Below, piece after piece: positions 12,692-24,169 of a DNA stretch of 64,000 nt. A model generated the notes under the pieces. The model worked only from the letters and a program-made list of their open reading frames with translations. It did not search any database and was not told the origin of the DNA. Made by a program: the position numbers and the translations under genes. Position 1 is the stretch's first letter. Each line of letters starts with the position of its first letter. The stretch comes from Octopus vulgaris. Lineage: Eukaryota. The stretch covers positions 94,612,001-94,676,000 of the forward strand of contig OX597822.1 in NCBI GenBank assembly GCA_951406725.2, given 5' to 3'.

Positions 12692-13990
12692 CATTATTTA
12701 AAAAATATATTTCTTTATTGCCCACAAGGGGCTAAACATAGAGGGGACAAAGAAGGACAGACAAAGGTATTAAGTCGATTACATCGACCCAGTGCGTAAC
12801 TGGTACTTAATTTATCAACCCCGAAAGGATAAAAGGCAAAGTCGACCTCGGCGGAATTAGAACTCACAACGTAACGGCAGACAAAATACAGCTATGCATT
12901 TCGCCCAGCGTGCTAACGCTTCTGCTAGCTCTTTTCCCTTGTCTGTTGACAAGCACAAGAACAATGAAAGATAAGCCACATGCTTACATACTTAGCCATC
13001 TCTTGCCAATGCATATGACCTGTTAGATTGTGCCAGGTCATATTCAATTGTACCGTGCTTTCATTAATTGCTTCAGATGCCCATGTAGTCATGAACAGAT
13101 TCAGATAGACTTCTGGCCTTCTTGCCCTTGACTCAACAGAACATTGAGAATGTGAGTTGGAGAGAGAAATGGATGCACCAATACTTAGATGGTACTCATA
13201 AATAAAGAAAGAAAGGATAATGCCACAGTTAGAGGATAATGTAATAGTTTTACAGGGGAGGATGGGCAAAGCCTATGATGTTTCCAGACACTCTCAGACT
13301 GGAGAGATCAATGTGATAAGATAAACTGCCCTAAAATCTTCAAATCAATATCTACAGGGAAAAATGTGGATAGATTGGTCAGAGGAGAATTAACACCATA
13401 CATCATCATCTGGTCAGGCGACTTGCCTGGACCAATGCAACTCTTCCACGCCAGATGTCATGATCAGGCAATGCAGCATGAATGTCTGGCCTGAGCTTTA
13501 GCCATATTGGTCTTTTACTAGCTAAAGTATCTCATCGGCAGATACCACAACTATAGATGATAGTAGTAATTCGCTAACTAAACTGGTTAATCCTGACTGT
13601 TAATAGTTTGTTGTCTGTTTATCTGCTTAGCATCTAATGATTTTCACCATTGATTCAATAAGTTCGTTTGCTGAATTAGCTCACATCCACCATGCGGCAT
13701 TCTATTATTTCAGAGTACCATACTGGGAAAATCGGGAACATGCCAAACAAAATGCTTTTTTTTACATTCTAAGTTCAAATTCCACCGGGATCAACTTTGT
13801 CTTTCATCCTTTTAGGATTGATAAAATAAGTACTAGTTGAACACTGGGGTTAATGTAATTTATTAGGCCCCCTCCTCCTCAAATTTCAGGCCTTGTGCCT
13901 ATAACAGAAAGTAATATTTCAATGTGCCCTGGCTTGGGTGATTATATGTTATTTAACCCCTCTAAGAGAACCTGAGTACAAAGATAGTTA

Positions 13991-14536
13991 CAGGGATTCC
14001 CCAACTTGTGCGAGTTCAACTTGAGCAAAATTCAAGTGTTCAGGTTGCGCGAGTTGTATTCTCGACTTGCGCTTGTTGTAAAAGCACCATCCATTCGTGG
14101 CCATTGCCAGCCTTGCCTGGCCCCCGTGCCGGTGGCATGTAAAAAGCGCCATCTAATCGTGGCCGTTTGCCAGCCTCGTCTGGCACATAAAAAGCACCCA
14201 CTACACTCTCAGAGTGGTTGGCGTTAGGAAGGGCATCCAGCCGTAGAAACATTGCCAGATCAGACTGGGCCTGGTGCAACCTTCTGGCTTCCCAGACCCC
14301 AGTTGAACCGTCCAACCCATGCTAGCATGGAAAGCAGACACTAAATGATGATGATGATGATGATGATCCATGGTTGCATTGCATTGTCTGTTATCTTGTT
14401 ATCTATCCATCATTTCAAATATACATAAAGTAAAAATAATTGTGTTTGAGTAATTGATAACAATATCTGGTACTCAACTTGTGCGAATTTTGAATTGCGC
14501 ATCCCACAATTACTCGCGCAAGTCGAGGAATCCCTG
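13991..14536. mobile_element. pogo/Tigger-like MITE
   Basis: TA-CAGGGATTCCCCAACTTGTGCGAGT ... ACTCGCGCAAGTCGAGGAATCCCTG-TA. Confidence 0.8.
14080..14367 (+). mobile_element. 3'-end fragment of the same RTE family, nested in a pogo/Tigger-like MITE
   Basis: Matches 21700-22030, including GGCGTTAGGAAGGGCATCCAGC and the (GAT)n tail. Confidence 0.8.
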
Positions 14537-15994
14537 TATAGTGATGTTAGACTGAGCCAAACACTAGTCAATCACTGTGTATGAAGGATATGAACTTATA
14601 TCAGAATGATTTGTTTGTACAAAGCGCACATGCATGCAAACACACATTGATAGTCATTTAAACACATACCGCACTCACACACATTTACATACATTTGCAT
14701 ACACACATACCTTGCACACAAACAAATACAAATGCACAAGCGATCGAATATATTTGCACACTCGAAAGTATAAACATAAAACATTGAAAACACCTAACAC
14801 ACACACACACACAATTAGATACAGATATAAATACAGAAACAAATACATAATAAACACACATATCAAAGACAAAACACAAACACACATGAATACAGATACA
14901 GACGAGCATAAACACATGCACATATGCTCATAAGCACATACACACACATGCACACACATGCACATACACACACAGGCGCATCCAAAGTATCTAATGTTTC
15001 TATCAACAGTAATATATTATGTATTTCAGATGATACAGCTTCCTGCACGGTTTTATCAAGTCCGATAATGAGAATATTTACCTAATAGTTGGATTAATAA
15101 ATATTTTATTTTAAACCCTCTAAAAAGTCAACAAACTGGTCTGATATTAAGCAGATCACTGACATTAGCTGGGGATTAAGACAAATGTTTCATTTCTCTC
15201 AGTAAATAACTATGTGTACTTTTGCTCCCATTGGTTGGATTGTTTTACAAATTTAAACATTATTCATTCATCACCATCATCATCATCATCATCATCATCA
15301 TCATTGCCATTGTTGTCATTGTCATCGTCATCAGCATAAAAGGTGGCAGTGGCAGCGTTGTCATCATCGTCAACATCATCTTTGTCATCATCATCTTCGT
15401 CGTAGTCATCATTACTGTCATCATCATCATCATCATCTTCGTCGTAGTCATCATTACTGTCATCATCATCATCATCATCATCTTCGTTGTAGTCATCATT
15501 ACTGTCATCATCATCATCATCATCCCTATTGTTGTTGTCATCATCATCATTAATATAGGTGGGTCGGCAGAATCATTGGCACATTGGACAAAATCTTTAG
15601 TAACATTTCTTCCAACACTTTACATTCTGAGTTCACATACTACTGAGATAATGGTTTGCTTTCCATCCTTTTGAGGTTGATAAAATAAGCCAGGTGAGTA
15701 CCAGAGTCAATGTAACCGACCCTTTCCCCAAAACCACTGGCTTTGTGCCAAAATTTGAAGCTATTATTCTTATTGCTATTGTTGTTTTTGTTGTTATCGT
15801 TATTAAGGCAGTGAGCTGACAGAACTGTTGGCATGCTGGGCAAAATGCATAGAGTCACTTCATCTGGCTTTACATTCTGAGTTCAAATCCACCAAGGGTT
15901 GATAAATTAAGTACCACCGAAACACTGGGGTCAATGTAATCGACTAGTCCCCTTTCCCAAAATTTCAGGTCTTGTGCCTTTAGTAGAAAGGATT

Positions 15995-16450
15995 ATTATT
16001 ACTTTTATTATTTTCATATACACTCAATAAATACACTGTTGGAAAATACCTTGCTGGAAAAGAAAAAATCCTTACACTGGGCTACAACAAGTAACCGTAG
16101 ATGCCAAGAACCCTCCTATCAGGCTACAGCAAGTAACCTTAGATACTAAGAACTCTCCTAAGTATCCTAGCTGTCCCTAATTAGACTGTTTTATGGAGCT
16201 GTACTAAACTGAGTTTTATGCCTATTTCCTCTATCCATCTGTTTAGATCTTTAAGGATAGTTCCCAATGCACCTATAACTTACAGGGATAAATTTTACCC
16301 ACACATTCCATAGGCTCTGTAATTCTCCTCCTAAAAGCATTAGCTTCATCCACTAATCTCTGCTCAGTCACTTTAAACCCACCCTTCTCTACACAAAGAG
16401 TTAACATTCATTCTCTATAGCCCTTCTTTTAGGTTCACTTTCTAAGTAGC
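15995..16450 (-). mobile_element. Older, degenerate, internally deleted Dong/R4-like element
   Basis: Minus strand reads GYRE*MLTLCVEKGGFKVTEQRLVDEANAFRRR (R4 N-terminal-like), joined to VIGALGTILKDLNRWIEEIGIKLSLVQLHKTV*LGTARILRRVLSI*, which parallels the C-terminus of the intact ORF. Confidence 0.75.
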
Positions 16451-16452
16451 AC

Positions 16453-16570
<118 letters not shown>

Positions 16571-16599
16571 CATCATCATTATTATTATTATTATTATTA

Positions 16600-19500
16600 T
16601 TATTCTATGTTTGACTTTTGCTTTATATTTGTACAAGTTGGCTCCAAGTCTCACCCAGAGACCTCAAGAGACAACAGGGTCGGAAGTTCATGTTGTTGTT
16701 ATGCCTAGTGTGCCATATATTTGGGGGGTGGGGATGTTGTACTAATGAATGTCTAAAAAGAAAAAAAAAAGTTTTTTTTTTTTTTTTTTTTTTTTTAAAC
16801 CGAAAATTATGTTTGTTTTAAACCTTGAGATTACATAGAGAGTATTTTGCGTAGGATATGAGCAGTTCCCATGAGCACTATCTTTTGAACTTCTGCCATT
16901 TTTGGGTTTCCTGGTATCTGAGTTAGGTAGCTATCAGCCCCTTTTGCTATCATTCCCAGGGCACCTATGACAACAGGTATTGTTTTAGTCTTCAGCTTCC
17001 ACATTTTGCTGATTTCTATTTCAAGATCTTTATATTTGCTCAGTTTTTGGTAGGTCTTGACAGATACGTTTATATCGATTGGGACAGTCATATCAATGAG
17101 GAGGCATGTTCTTTGTTTGAAGTTTTTCAATATGATGTCTGGCCTATTTGCATCTATCTTCCTGTCAGTTTGAATGGTGAAGTTCCAGAGGAGTGAGATG
17201 TGGTCATTTTCAAGCACTGGGGGTGGTTTGTGTTCCCACCAGTTTTTTTCATGGGGCAAATCCAGGTTTTTACAGATTACCCAGTGAATATATTGTGCAG
17301 CTCTATCGTGCCTGTTGAGATACTCTGTAGGCGCTAGAAGACTGCACTTGGAGACCACATGGTCAATGGTTTCATTTTGTTGCTTGCATACATGACACGT
17401 TGGACTGCTTCTGATCTTTAATATGTTGGCCTGGTAGTTTCTTGTTGGTAGGCATTGATCTTGAGCTGCTATGATAAACCCCTCTGTTTCAGATTTTAAG
17501 CCAGAGGCCATTAGCCATTGATGGGTCAGGGCTTTGTCGATATCTGCATTATTCGCTCTCTTTGGGTATTTGCCATAGAGAGGTTTTTCTTGCCATTTAT
17601 TATTCAGAATATCTAAGGCCGCAGTTTTGGCACGGGTTTTCATGCGCCTAGCTTTTTCTGTGCTTGTTTCTTGTATATCTATCTCCGAAATTGGTTGTAT
17701 TCGGAATTCACTTAGATATTCCTTTGCCTGTTTTGTGACTGAGTATGATGCTTTCTTGTTTTCATGTTTTGAGACAAGTTTTAGCATCCAGTCCTCGGAG
17801 TTTTTCAGGTAGGTGTCTAGGCCAATTGTAGCAATCTTCATTGTTATTGCCAGTTGCAAAAGACCACGGCCTCCCTCTTTTCTTGGCAGATAGAGTCGTT
17901 CTGTATCTGCCTTAGGGTGGTGCATTCTATGCATTGTCAACAGTTTCCTTATTTTTCTGTCGAGCTGACATATTTCAGTAATTGACCAGTTAACAATATT
18001 GAAACTGTAAGTCATGACTGGTATAGCTAATGCATTGATTGCTTCGATCCTGTTTCTTGCATTCAGCTCTGTCTTGAGTATTGCTCTCACTCTTCGATAG
18101 CATTCTCTCCTGATCCTTTCCTTCATCTCTGAATGCCTTATTCCGTTCCCTTCAATTATCCCTAGGTACTTGTAGCTCTCCGCTGGGTCTAGTTCTTTTA
18201 TGACATTCTGTTGGTCAAGGTTAACGTTAGATGTTTCTGTCATTTTTCCTTTGATAAAGGTAGCCTTTGCACATTTATCGAGGCCGAATTGCATTCTGAT
18301 GTCGTCACTGAATTGTTTGACTATCGCTAGTAAGCCCTTGAGTTGTTGATCATTTTTTGCAAAAAGCTTTAAATCATCCATGTAAACGAGATGATTTATA
18401 TTTTTATCAAACATTTTATACCCGTACTGCGCGTCATTGAGCAGCTTTGAGAGAGGTATTAAGGATAAACAAAAGAGGAGTGGTGACAGTGAGTCACCCT
18501 GGAAAATGCCACACGAAATTTTTACATCACCAGCATTTAGGAATTCACTGTCACCGTTCAGAGTTAGTGTGGTTCTCCATGATCTCATACTTACAGTCAA
18601 GAAGTTTCGCAGAGTTGGTGCTATCTTATACATTTCAAGGCATTTCCTAATCCAGCTATGTGGTAGGCTATCAAAAGCCTTTTTATAGTCTATCCAGGCT
18701 ATTGATAAGTTTTTGTGTCGTTTGTGACAATCTTCTAAGATCATCTTATTGATGAGTAGTTGGTCTTTACAGCCGTAGGATCCACGTTTACATCCTTTCT
18801 GTTCATTAGGGAATATGCTGCTGTCTGTTAAAAAACTATAGGTATATTCCGTCAGGACAGATGTTAGTGTTTTGTACATAGTTGTTAAGCAAGTTATGGG
18901 TCTATAGTTTTTTGGTTCATTTGTTTCTTCACTTTTTGGAAGCAGGAATGTTAACCCATTAACTAGCCAAGGAGGCATCCTACTAGGGTGTTGCAAAACA
19001 TCATTGTACAGTTCTGTTAGCAGTTCATGGCTCTCTGGGAAGGCATTCAGCCAGAAGTTAGGAATTTTATCCTTTCCTGGAGACTTCCATTTGCTTGACC
19101 TCCTGAGAGCAGATCTTATATCTTCTACCTTGACACCCTCCCACTTTTGCTCTTCTAAGGGGTCCAGTTCTGTAGATATTCTGTCAATCCAGGGGGCCTT
19201 TTCGTTGTGTGTTTTTTCTTCTGCCCAGATTTTATTCCAAAATCTCTGCACTTCTTCTTTTGATGGTACAGACCCTGCAGTAAACGCTGTTTTTCCTATC
19301 TTCCTGTAAAAATTCTTGGTGTTATTTTTGAACATGTTGTTGTCCTTGAAAAATCTAACACGCTTTTCATACCTCGCTATGCGGGCAGCTTTGGCAAATA
19401 CCTTTTGTTTGATGGTTTCTATGGTGGCATCAATATCAAGTATAGTTTTCATATTGTATTTTTTCAGTAATTTTTGGGTTTTTGTAGGTTTGGTAATCTT

Positions 19501-20659
19501 GTGAGCCTTAAGGTTTTTCAAATATTCAATGTCAGATCTAAATATTTTAATTTGTTGTTGCAGACGCTCTTGCCAAGGAGGCTTTTTGTGGGACTGTTGC
19601 CGTTTTCTAATCTTTACACCACATAGGATCGTTGAGATTTTCGCGGATGCATAGTATAGGTGGTTGAGGTTTGTGATATCAACATCATTAACTGAAATTA
19701 TATCCTTAAGTGCAAGCCGGATTTTACCAATTATTTTCATGTTTTGGTTAGAGTTGCGGATTTTAGGAAGTGTATCACGCTCATCCATACTGGTTTCTTT
19801 AATTTTCAGCCATTCAATCATGATTTGATTTTTTAGCTCATGTAGTTCTGTTGGGTCAATATTTGTGTGACTTTCTTTATCTATTTGATGCTCATCTGTC
19901 TTAGTGTTTATGATTGGTTCAGGGCGTATTTCACTTTGCCTATCACTTATACTAACTCTTTCAATCCTCTCTTCGTTTTTATCCGCCCTGGGCTGGTCTA
20001 TAATCATTTCCTCTGTATTATCTTCTCTAGCTGCAGCTTCGTTCATTTTATCCGATATTGCTTGTCTAACCTGATCAATCTCTACTTCAGTCAGTAATTT
20101 CTTTTTTATAATGTTTCTTCTAACATTGGCAAGCTTGTTACTGTCTATGTAGGGTCTTACTTCAGGGTGTTTCTGTCTCCAGTTTAAGTATGCTTGTACA
20201 GTGCTAGACTTATCTGTGGGGAAATATATGGCATGGTAGAAGGCCTCAAGAACTTCTTTATTATCTTCCCTAGACCATTTTTCCTTCTTTTTCTTTTGAT
20301 TATTTGGTGATGAGCATGGATGGCCATCTGTTGGAATATTCCGGTTGTGGGGTTCGTCCAGCTCCTGTGTGTTGGGAAGATTTGATCCAGTAACTGATTT
20401 TTCAATCAGGATTTGGTTCAATTTTCGGGTACGTGGTCTTTTGTAATCCGCGCAATGACCAATGCAGTTTATTGTTTGATTTGTTGACCTTGAAGCATGA
20501 CGAGCATCCATTCTTATATTAGGAGATGGATCTGTCAGTTTAGGGTTCACTACGTGTAAGCATTGCTCATAGCGCCGCTTCTTAAGACTAGCAGATCTAT
20601 ATTCGTCTGTATTTTTTTTGTTGATAGTTTTATCTCCGGATTTTTTTTTTTTTTTCCCC
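16600..20659 (-). mobile_element. Apparently full-length R4/Dong-clade non-LTR retrotransposon inserted in a (TAA)n microsatellite
   Basis: Flanked on both sides by (ATT)n arrays (~16453-16603 and 20660-20742); single long ORF; ~230-nt 3' UTR. (TAA)n targeting is the known behaviour of Dong elements. Confidence 0.93.
16831..20550 (-). CDS. Dong/R4 ORF: N-terminal Myb-like region, reverse transcriptase, CCHC knuckle, restriction-like endonuclease (1239 aa)
   Basis: Motifs KWSREDN, KSPGKD, NYRPITCL, IDYKKAFDS, GIFQGDSLSPLLF, YMDD, YKYLG, CHVC..ETIDHVVSKC, RHD, NRPDI..IDMTVP..K..KY, PVVIGALG; no stops or frameshifts. ORF track starts at GTG; first ATG is codon 14. Confidence 0.95.
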   Translation of the reverse strand: MNPKLTDPSPNIRMDARHASRSTNQTINCIGHCADYKRPRTRKLNQILIEKSVTGSNLPNTQELDEPHNRNIPTDGHPCSSPNNQKKKKEKWSREDNKEVLEAFYHAIYFPTDKSSTVQAYLNWRQKHPEVRPYIDSNKLANVRRNIIKKKLLTEVEIDQVRQAISDKMNEAAAREDNTEEMIIDQPRADKNEERIERVSISDRQSEIRPEPIINTKTDEHQIDKESHTNIDPTELHELKNQIMIEWLKIKETSMDERDTLPKIRNSNQNMKIIGKIRLALKDIISVNDVDITNLNHLYYASAKISTILCGVKIRKRQQSHKKPPWQERLQQQIKIFRSDIEYLKNLKAHKITKPTKTQKLLKKYNMKTILDIDATIETIKQKVFAKAARIARYEKRVRFFKDNNMFKNNTKNFYRKIGKTAFTAGSVPSKEEVQRFWNKIWAEEKTHNEKAPWIDRISTELDPLEEQKWEGVKVEDIRSALRRSSKWKSPGKDKIPNFWLNAFPESHELLTELYNDVLQHPSRMPPWLVNGLTFLLPKSEETNEPKNYRPITCLTTMYKTLTSVLTEYTYSFLTDSSIFPNEQKGCKRGSYGCKDQLLINKMILEDCHKRHKNLSIAWIDYKKAFDSLPHSWIRKCLEMYKIAPTLRNFLTVSMRSWRTTLTLNGDSEFLNAGDVKISCGIFQGDSLSPLLFCLSLIPLSKLLNDAQYGYKMFDKNINHLVYMDDLKLFAKNDQQLKGLLAIVKQFSDDIRMQFGLDKCAKATFIKGKMTETSNVNLDQQNVIKELDPAESYKYLGIIEGNGIRHSEMKERIRRECYRRVRAILKTELNARNRIEAINALAIPVMTYSFNIVNWSITEICQLDRKIRKLLTMHRMHHPKADTERLYLPRKEGGRGLLQLAITMKIATIGLDTYLKNSEDWMLKLVSKHENKKASYSVTKQAKEYLSEFRIQPISEIDIQETSTEKARRMKTRAKTAALDILNNKWQEKPLYGKYPKRANNADIDKALTHQWLMASGLKSETEGFIIAAQDQCLPTRNYQANILKIRSSPTCHVCKQQNETIDHVVSKCSLLAPTEYLNRHDRAAQYIHWVICKNLDLPHEKNWWEHKPPPVLENDHISLLWNFTIQTDRKIDANRPDIILKNFKQRTCLLIDMTVPIDINVSVKTYQKLSKYKDLEIEISKMWKLKTKTIPVVIGALGMIAKGADSYLTQIPGNPKMAEVQKIVLMGTAHILRKILSM

Positions 20660-20742
<83 letters not shown>

Positions 20743-22034
20743 TCCAGGGGGAAAAATTAGAAGTAGTTGATAGCTTCTGTTATCTAGGTGACCAAGTCAG
20801 TAGTGGGGGTGGGTGCGCTGAGAGTGTAACTGCTAGAATAAGAATAGCCTGGGCAAAGTTTAGGGAGCTCTTACCTCTGCTGGTGACTAAAGGCCTCTCG
20901 CTCAGAGGAAAGGGCAGACTGTATGATGCATGTGTTCGAACTGCCATGCTACATGGCAGTGAAACATGGGCCGTGACTGCTGAGGACATGCGTAAGCTCA
21001 TGAGGAATGAAGCCAGTATGCTCCGATGGATGTGTAATGTCAGTGTACTTACTCGACAGAGCGTCAGTTCCCTGAGAGAAATGTTGTACCTAAGAAGCAT
21101 CAGTTGTTGCGTGCAAGAGAGACGATTGCGCTGGTATGGTCATGTGGCGAGAATGGATGAAGATAGGTGTGTGAAAAAGTGCCAATCCCTAGCAGTTGAG
21201 GGAACCCATGGAAGAGGTAGACCCAGGAAAACCTGGGACGAGGTGGTGAAGCATGACCTTCGAACGTTAGGTCTCACCATGAAAATGACTAGAGACCGAG
21301 ACCTATGGAAGTATGCTGTGCGTGAGAAGACCCGGCAAGACTAGTGAAGCCATAACCCATGGCCCCTACCTGGGACGTAGTCAGTCCACCTGTGCATACC
21401 TTCCTGCTTGTGACACTTGTGAAGACCTGTTGAGGCAAATCAAATCAAAGTCAAATCGAATCAAGTCAAACCAAATCAAAATAGATGAACATCAATGGAA
21501 TTTGTATCCTTGTGGTACCAGTGCCGGTGGTACATAAGAAAACCATCCGAACGGGACCGTAGCCAGTACCGCATCGACTGGCCTCCGTGCCGTGGGCACG
21601 TAACAAACACCATCCGATTGTAGCCGTTCGCCAGCCTCGTCTGGCACCTGTGTCGGTGGCACATAAGAAAAACACCGAAAACACCATATCCGAGCGTGGC
21701 CGTCTGCCAGCCTCGTCTGGCACCTGTGTCGGTGGCACATAAAAAACACCATCCGAGCGTGGCCGTCTGCCAGCCTCGTCTGGCACCTGTGTCGGTGGCA
21801 CATAAAAAACACCATCCGAGCGTGGTCGTCTGCCAGCCTCGTCTGGCACCTGTGTCGGTGGCACATAAAATCACCCACTACACTCTCAGAGTGGTTGGCG
21901 TTAGGAAGGGCATCCAGCTGTAGAAACACTGCCAGATCTGACTGGCCTGGTGTAGCCTTCGGGCTTGCCAGACCCCAGTTGAACCGTCCAACCCATGCTA
22001 GCATGGAAAGCGGACGTTAAACGATGATGATGAT
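20743..22034 (+). mobile_element. 5'-truncated RTE-clade LINE with 3' UTR containing ~60-bp tandem repeats and a (GAT)n tail
   Basis: F.YLG.., RIRIAWAKFREL, LHGSETW, RLRWYGHVARM, GRGRPRKTWDEVVK.D, DRDLWK (ORF 20883-21344); UTR ends CATGGAAAGCGGACGTTAAACGATGATGATG. Confidence 0.88.
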
Positions 22035-22371
22035 TATTATTATTATTATCATTATATTAAGCTATTATTCTACTCTGTAAAGTGATTGGCATTAGGAAGG
22101 GCATCCAGCTGAAAAAACCTTGCCAAAACAGACAATGGAACTTGGTGCAGTCCTTTGGCTTACCAGCCCCTGTCAAATTGTCCAACCCATACCAGCATGG
22201 AAAACGGATGTTAAATGATGATAATGATGATGATGAAGATGATAATACTGGTTTCAAATTTTAGCACAACGCCAGTAATTTCAGGGGAGCAGGTAAGTTG
22301 ATCACATTGACTCAGTGCTCAATTGGGACTTATTATGAATGAATATATCTTCATTATCATCATCATTATCG

Positions 22372-22622
22372 TCACCAGCACCACCAGCACCAGCACCACC
22401 AGCACCACCACCCGCACCACCACCACCACCACCACCACCACCACCACCACCACCACCACCACCACCACCACCACCACCACCACCACCACCACCACCACCA
22501 CCACCACCACCACCACCACCACTAGCACCACCACCACAACCATCACCACCACTACCATCACCACCACCAGCACCACCAGCACCACCAGCACCAGCACCAC
22601 CACTACCACCACCAGCACCAGC

Positions 22623-22653
<31 letters not shown>

Positions 22654-22702
22654 CCACCACCACCACCACCACCACCACCACCACCACAACCACCACCACC
22701 AC
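22372..22702. repeat. (CAC/CAG)n microsatellite, followed by (TACA)n/(TAGA)n/(CAGA)n at 23014-23390
   Basis: Directly visible. Confidence 0.95.
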
Positions 22703-23177
22703 TTCTACCATACTCTCAGGCTGACCAAAGCTTATGAGTGGATTTGGTTGACAGAAACTAAAAGAAGCCCATCGAATATGTGTGTGTGTGTGTGTGTTTG
22801 TGTGTCTCAATTTGTCCCCACACCATTGCTTGACAACTGATGTTGGTGTGTTTACATCCCCGTAACTTAGTGGCTTGGCAAAAGAGACTGTTAAAATAAG
22901 TACGAGGCTTGCAAATAACAAGTCCTGGGGTCGATTTGTTTGACTAAAGCCAGCACTCCAGCAGGGCCACAGCCAAATGACTGAAACAAGTGAAAGAATA
23001 AAAGAATACAAAGATACATACATACATACATACATACATACATACATACATACATACATACATACATACATACATACATACATACATACATACATACACA
23101 TTCACACACACACACATATTATGTATATGTACATATATAGATAGATAGGTAGATAGATAGATAGATAGATTGATAGG

Positions 23178-23208
<31 letters not shown>

Positions 23209-23273
23209 GTAGATAGGTAGATAGATAGATGGATAGGTAGATAGGTAGATAGATAGATAGATAGATAGATAGT

Positions 23274-23317
<44 letters not shown>

Positions 23318-23823
23318 GAGAGTCAGACAGACAGACAGACAGACAGACAGAGAGAGAGGCAGAGACAGACAGAGACAGACAGACAGACAAGATGAAGGAA
23401 TTGTAAAGAAGAATTTAAATTAATTATTTTTTTCAGTTTTGTAATTTCGTCTAAAGCTTGAAATTGTTGAAATAGATGTTTTCATGAACTAAAATAGAAT
23501 TTCATGAAAATTATTTAAATTCATATTTGATTTAGAAAGAAAAGTGTGTTTTTAAAACTAAATCATTTCAAATAAAGCTCAAATAACAGTGTCAGACAAA
23601 AATTATAGTTTATGGTAATATCTATTTTACTGATTAATTAAAAAAATACAGTATAAAGCAATAGATCTTACTCAATTCAAATTGTGTGGTTTACATGCAC
23701 ACACACACTCACACATGTATGTATGTATGTATGTATGTATATGTATACATATGTATAGTATAGGTATCTGTACATATGTGTGTGTGATTGTGTGTATGTG
23801 TGTGTGTGTGTGTGTGTGTGCGC

Positions 23824-23862
<39 letters not shown>

Positions 23863-24108
23863 CATATATATATGTATGTATGTATGTATGTAAAAGGTGG
23901 CGAGCTGGCAGAATCGTTAAGCACGCTGGGTAAAATGCTTAGCGGTATTTCGTCTGCCACTACGTTCTGAGTTCAAATTCCACCAAGGGCGACTTTGCCG
24001 TACATTCTTCCGGGGTCGATAAATTAAATACCAGTTGCATACTGGAGTCAATCTAATCGACTAGCCCCCTCCTCCAAAATTTCAGACCTTGTGCCTAGAG
24101 TAGAAAAC

Positions 24109-24139
<31 letters not shown>

Positions 24140-24169
24140 TGTATGTATGTATGTATGTATGTATGTATG

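Noticed and set aside
15030-15101. Plus-strand terminal exon (TTTCAG|..DDTASCTVLSSPIMRIFT* then AATAAA)
   Set aside because: Too short and unsupported; such signals are common by chance in AT-rich DNA.
17627-20097. Antisense ORFs over the Dong element
   Set aside because: Shadow ORFs of a long coding sequence.
21560-21880. CRISPR-like or coding repeat (VPPTQVPDEAGRRPRSDG)n
   Set aside because: Tandem repeat in the RTE 3' UTR, found in many dispersed copies on both strands.
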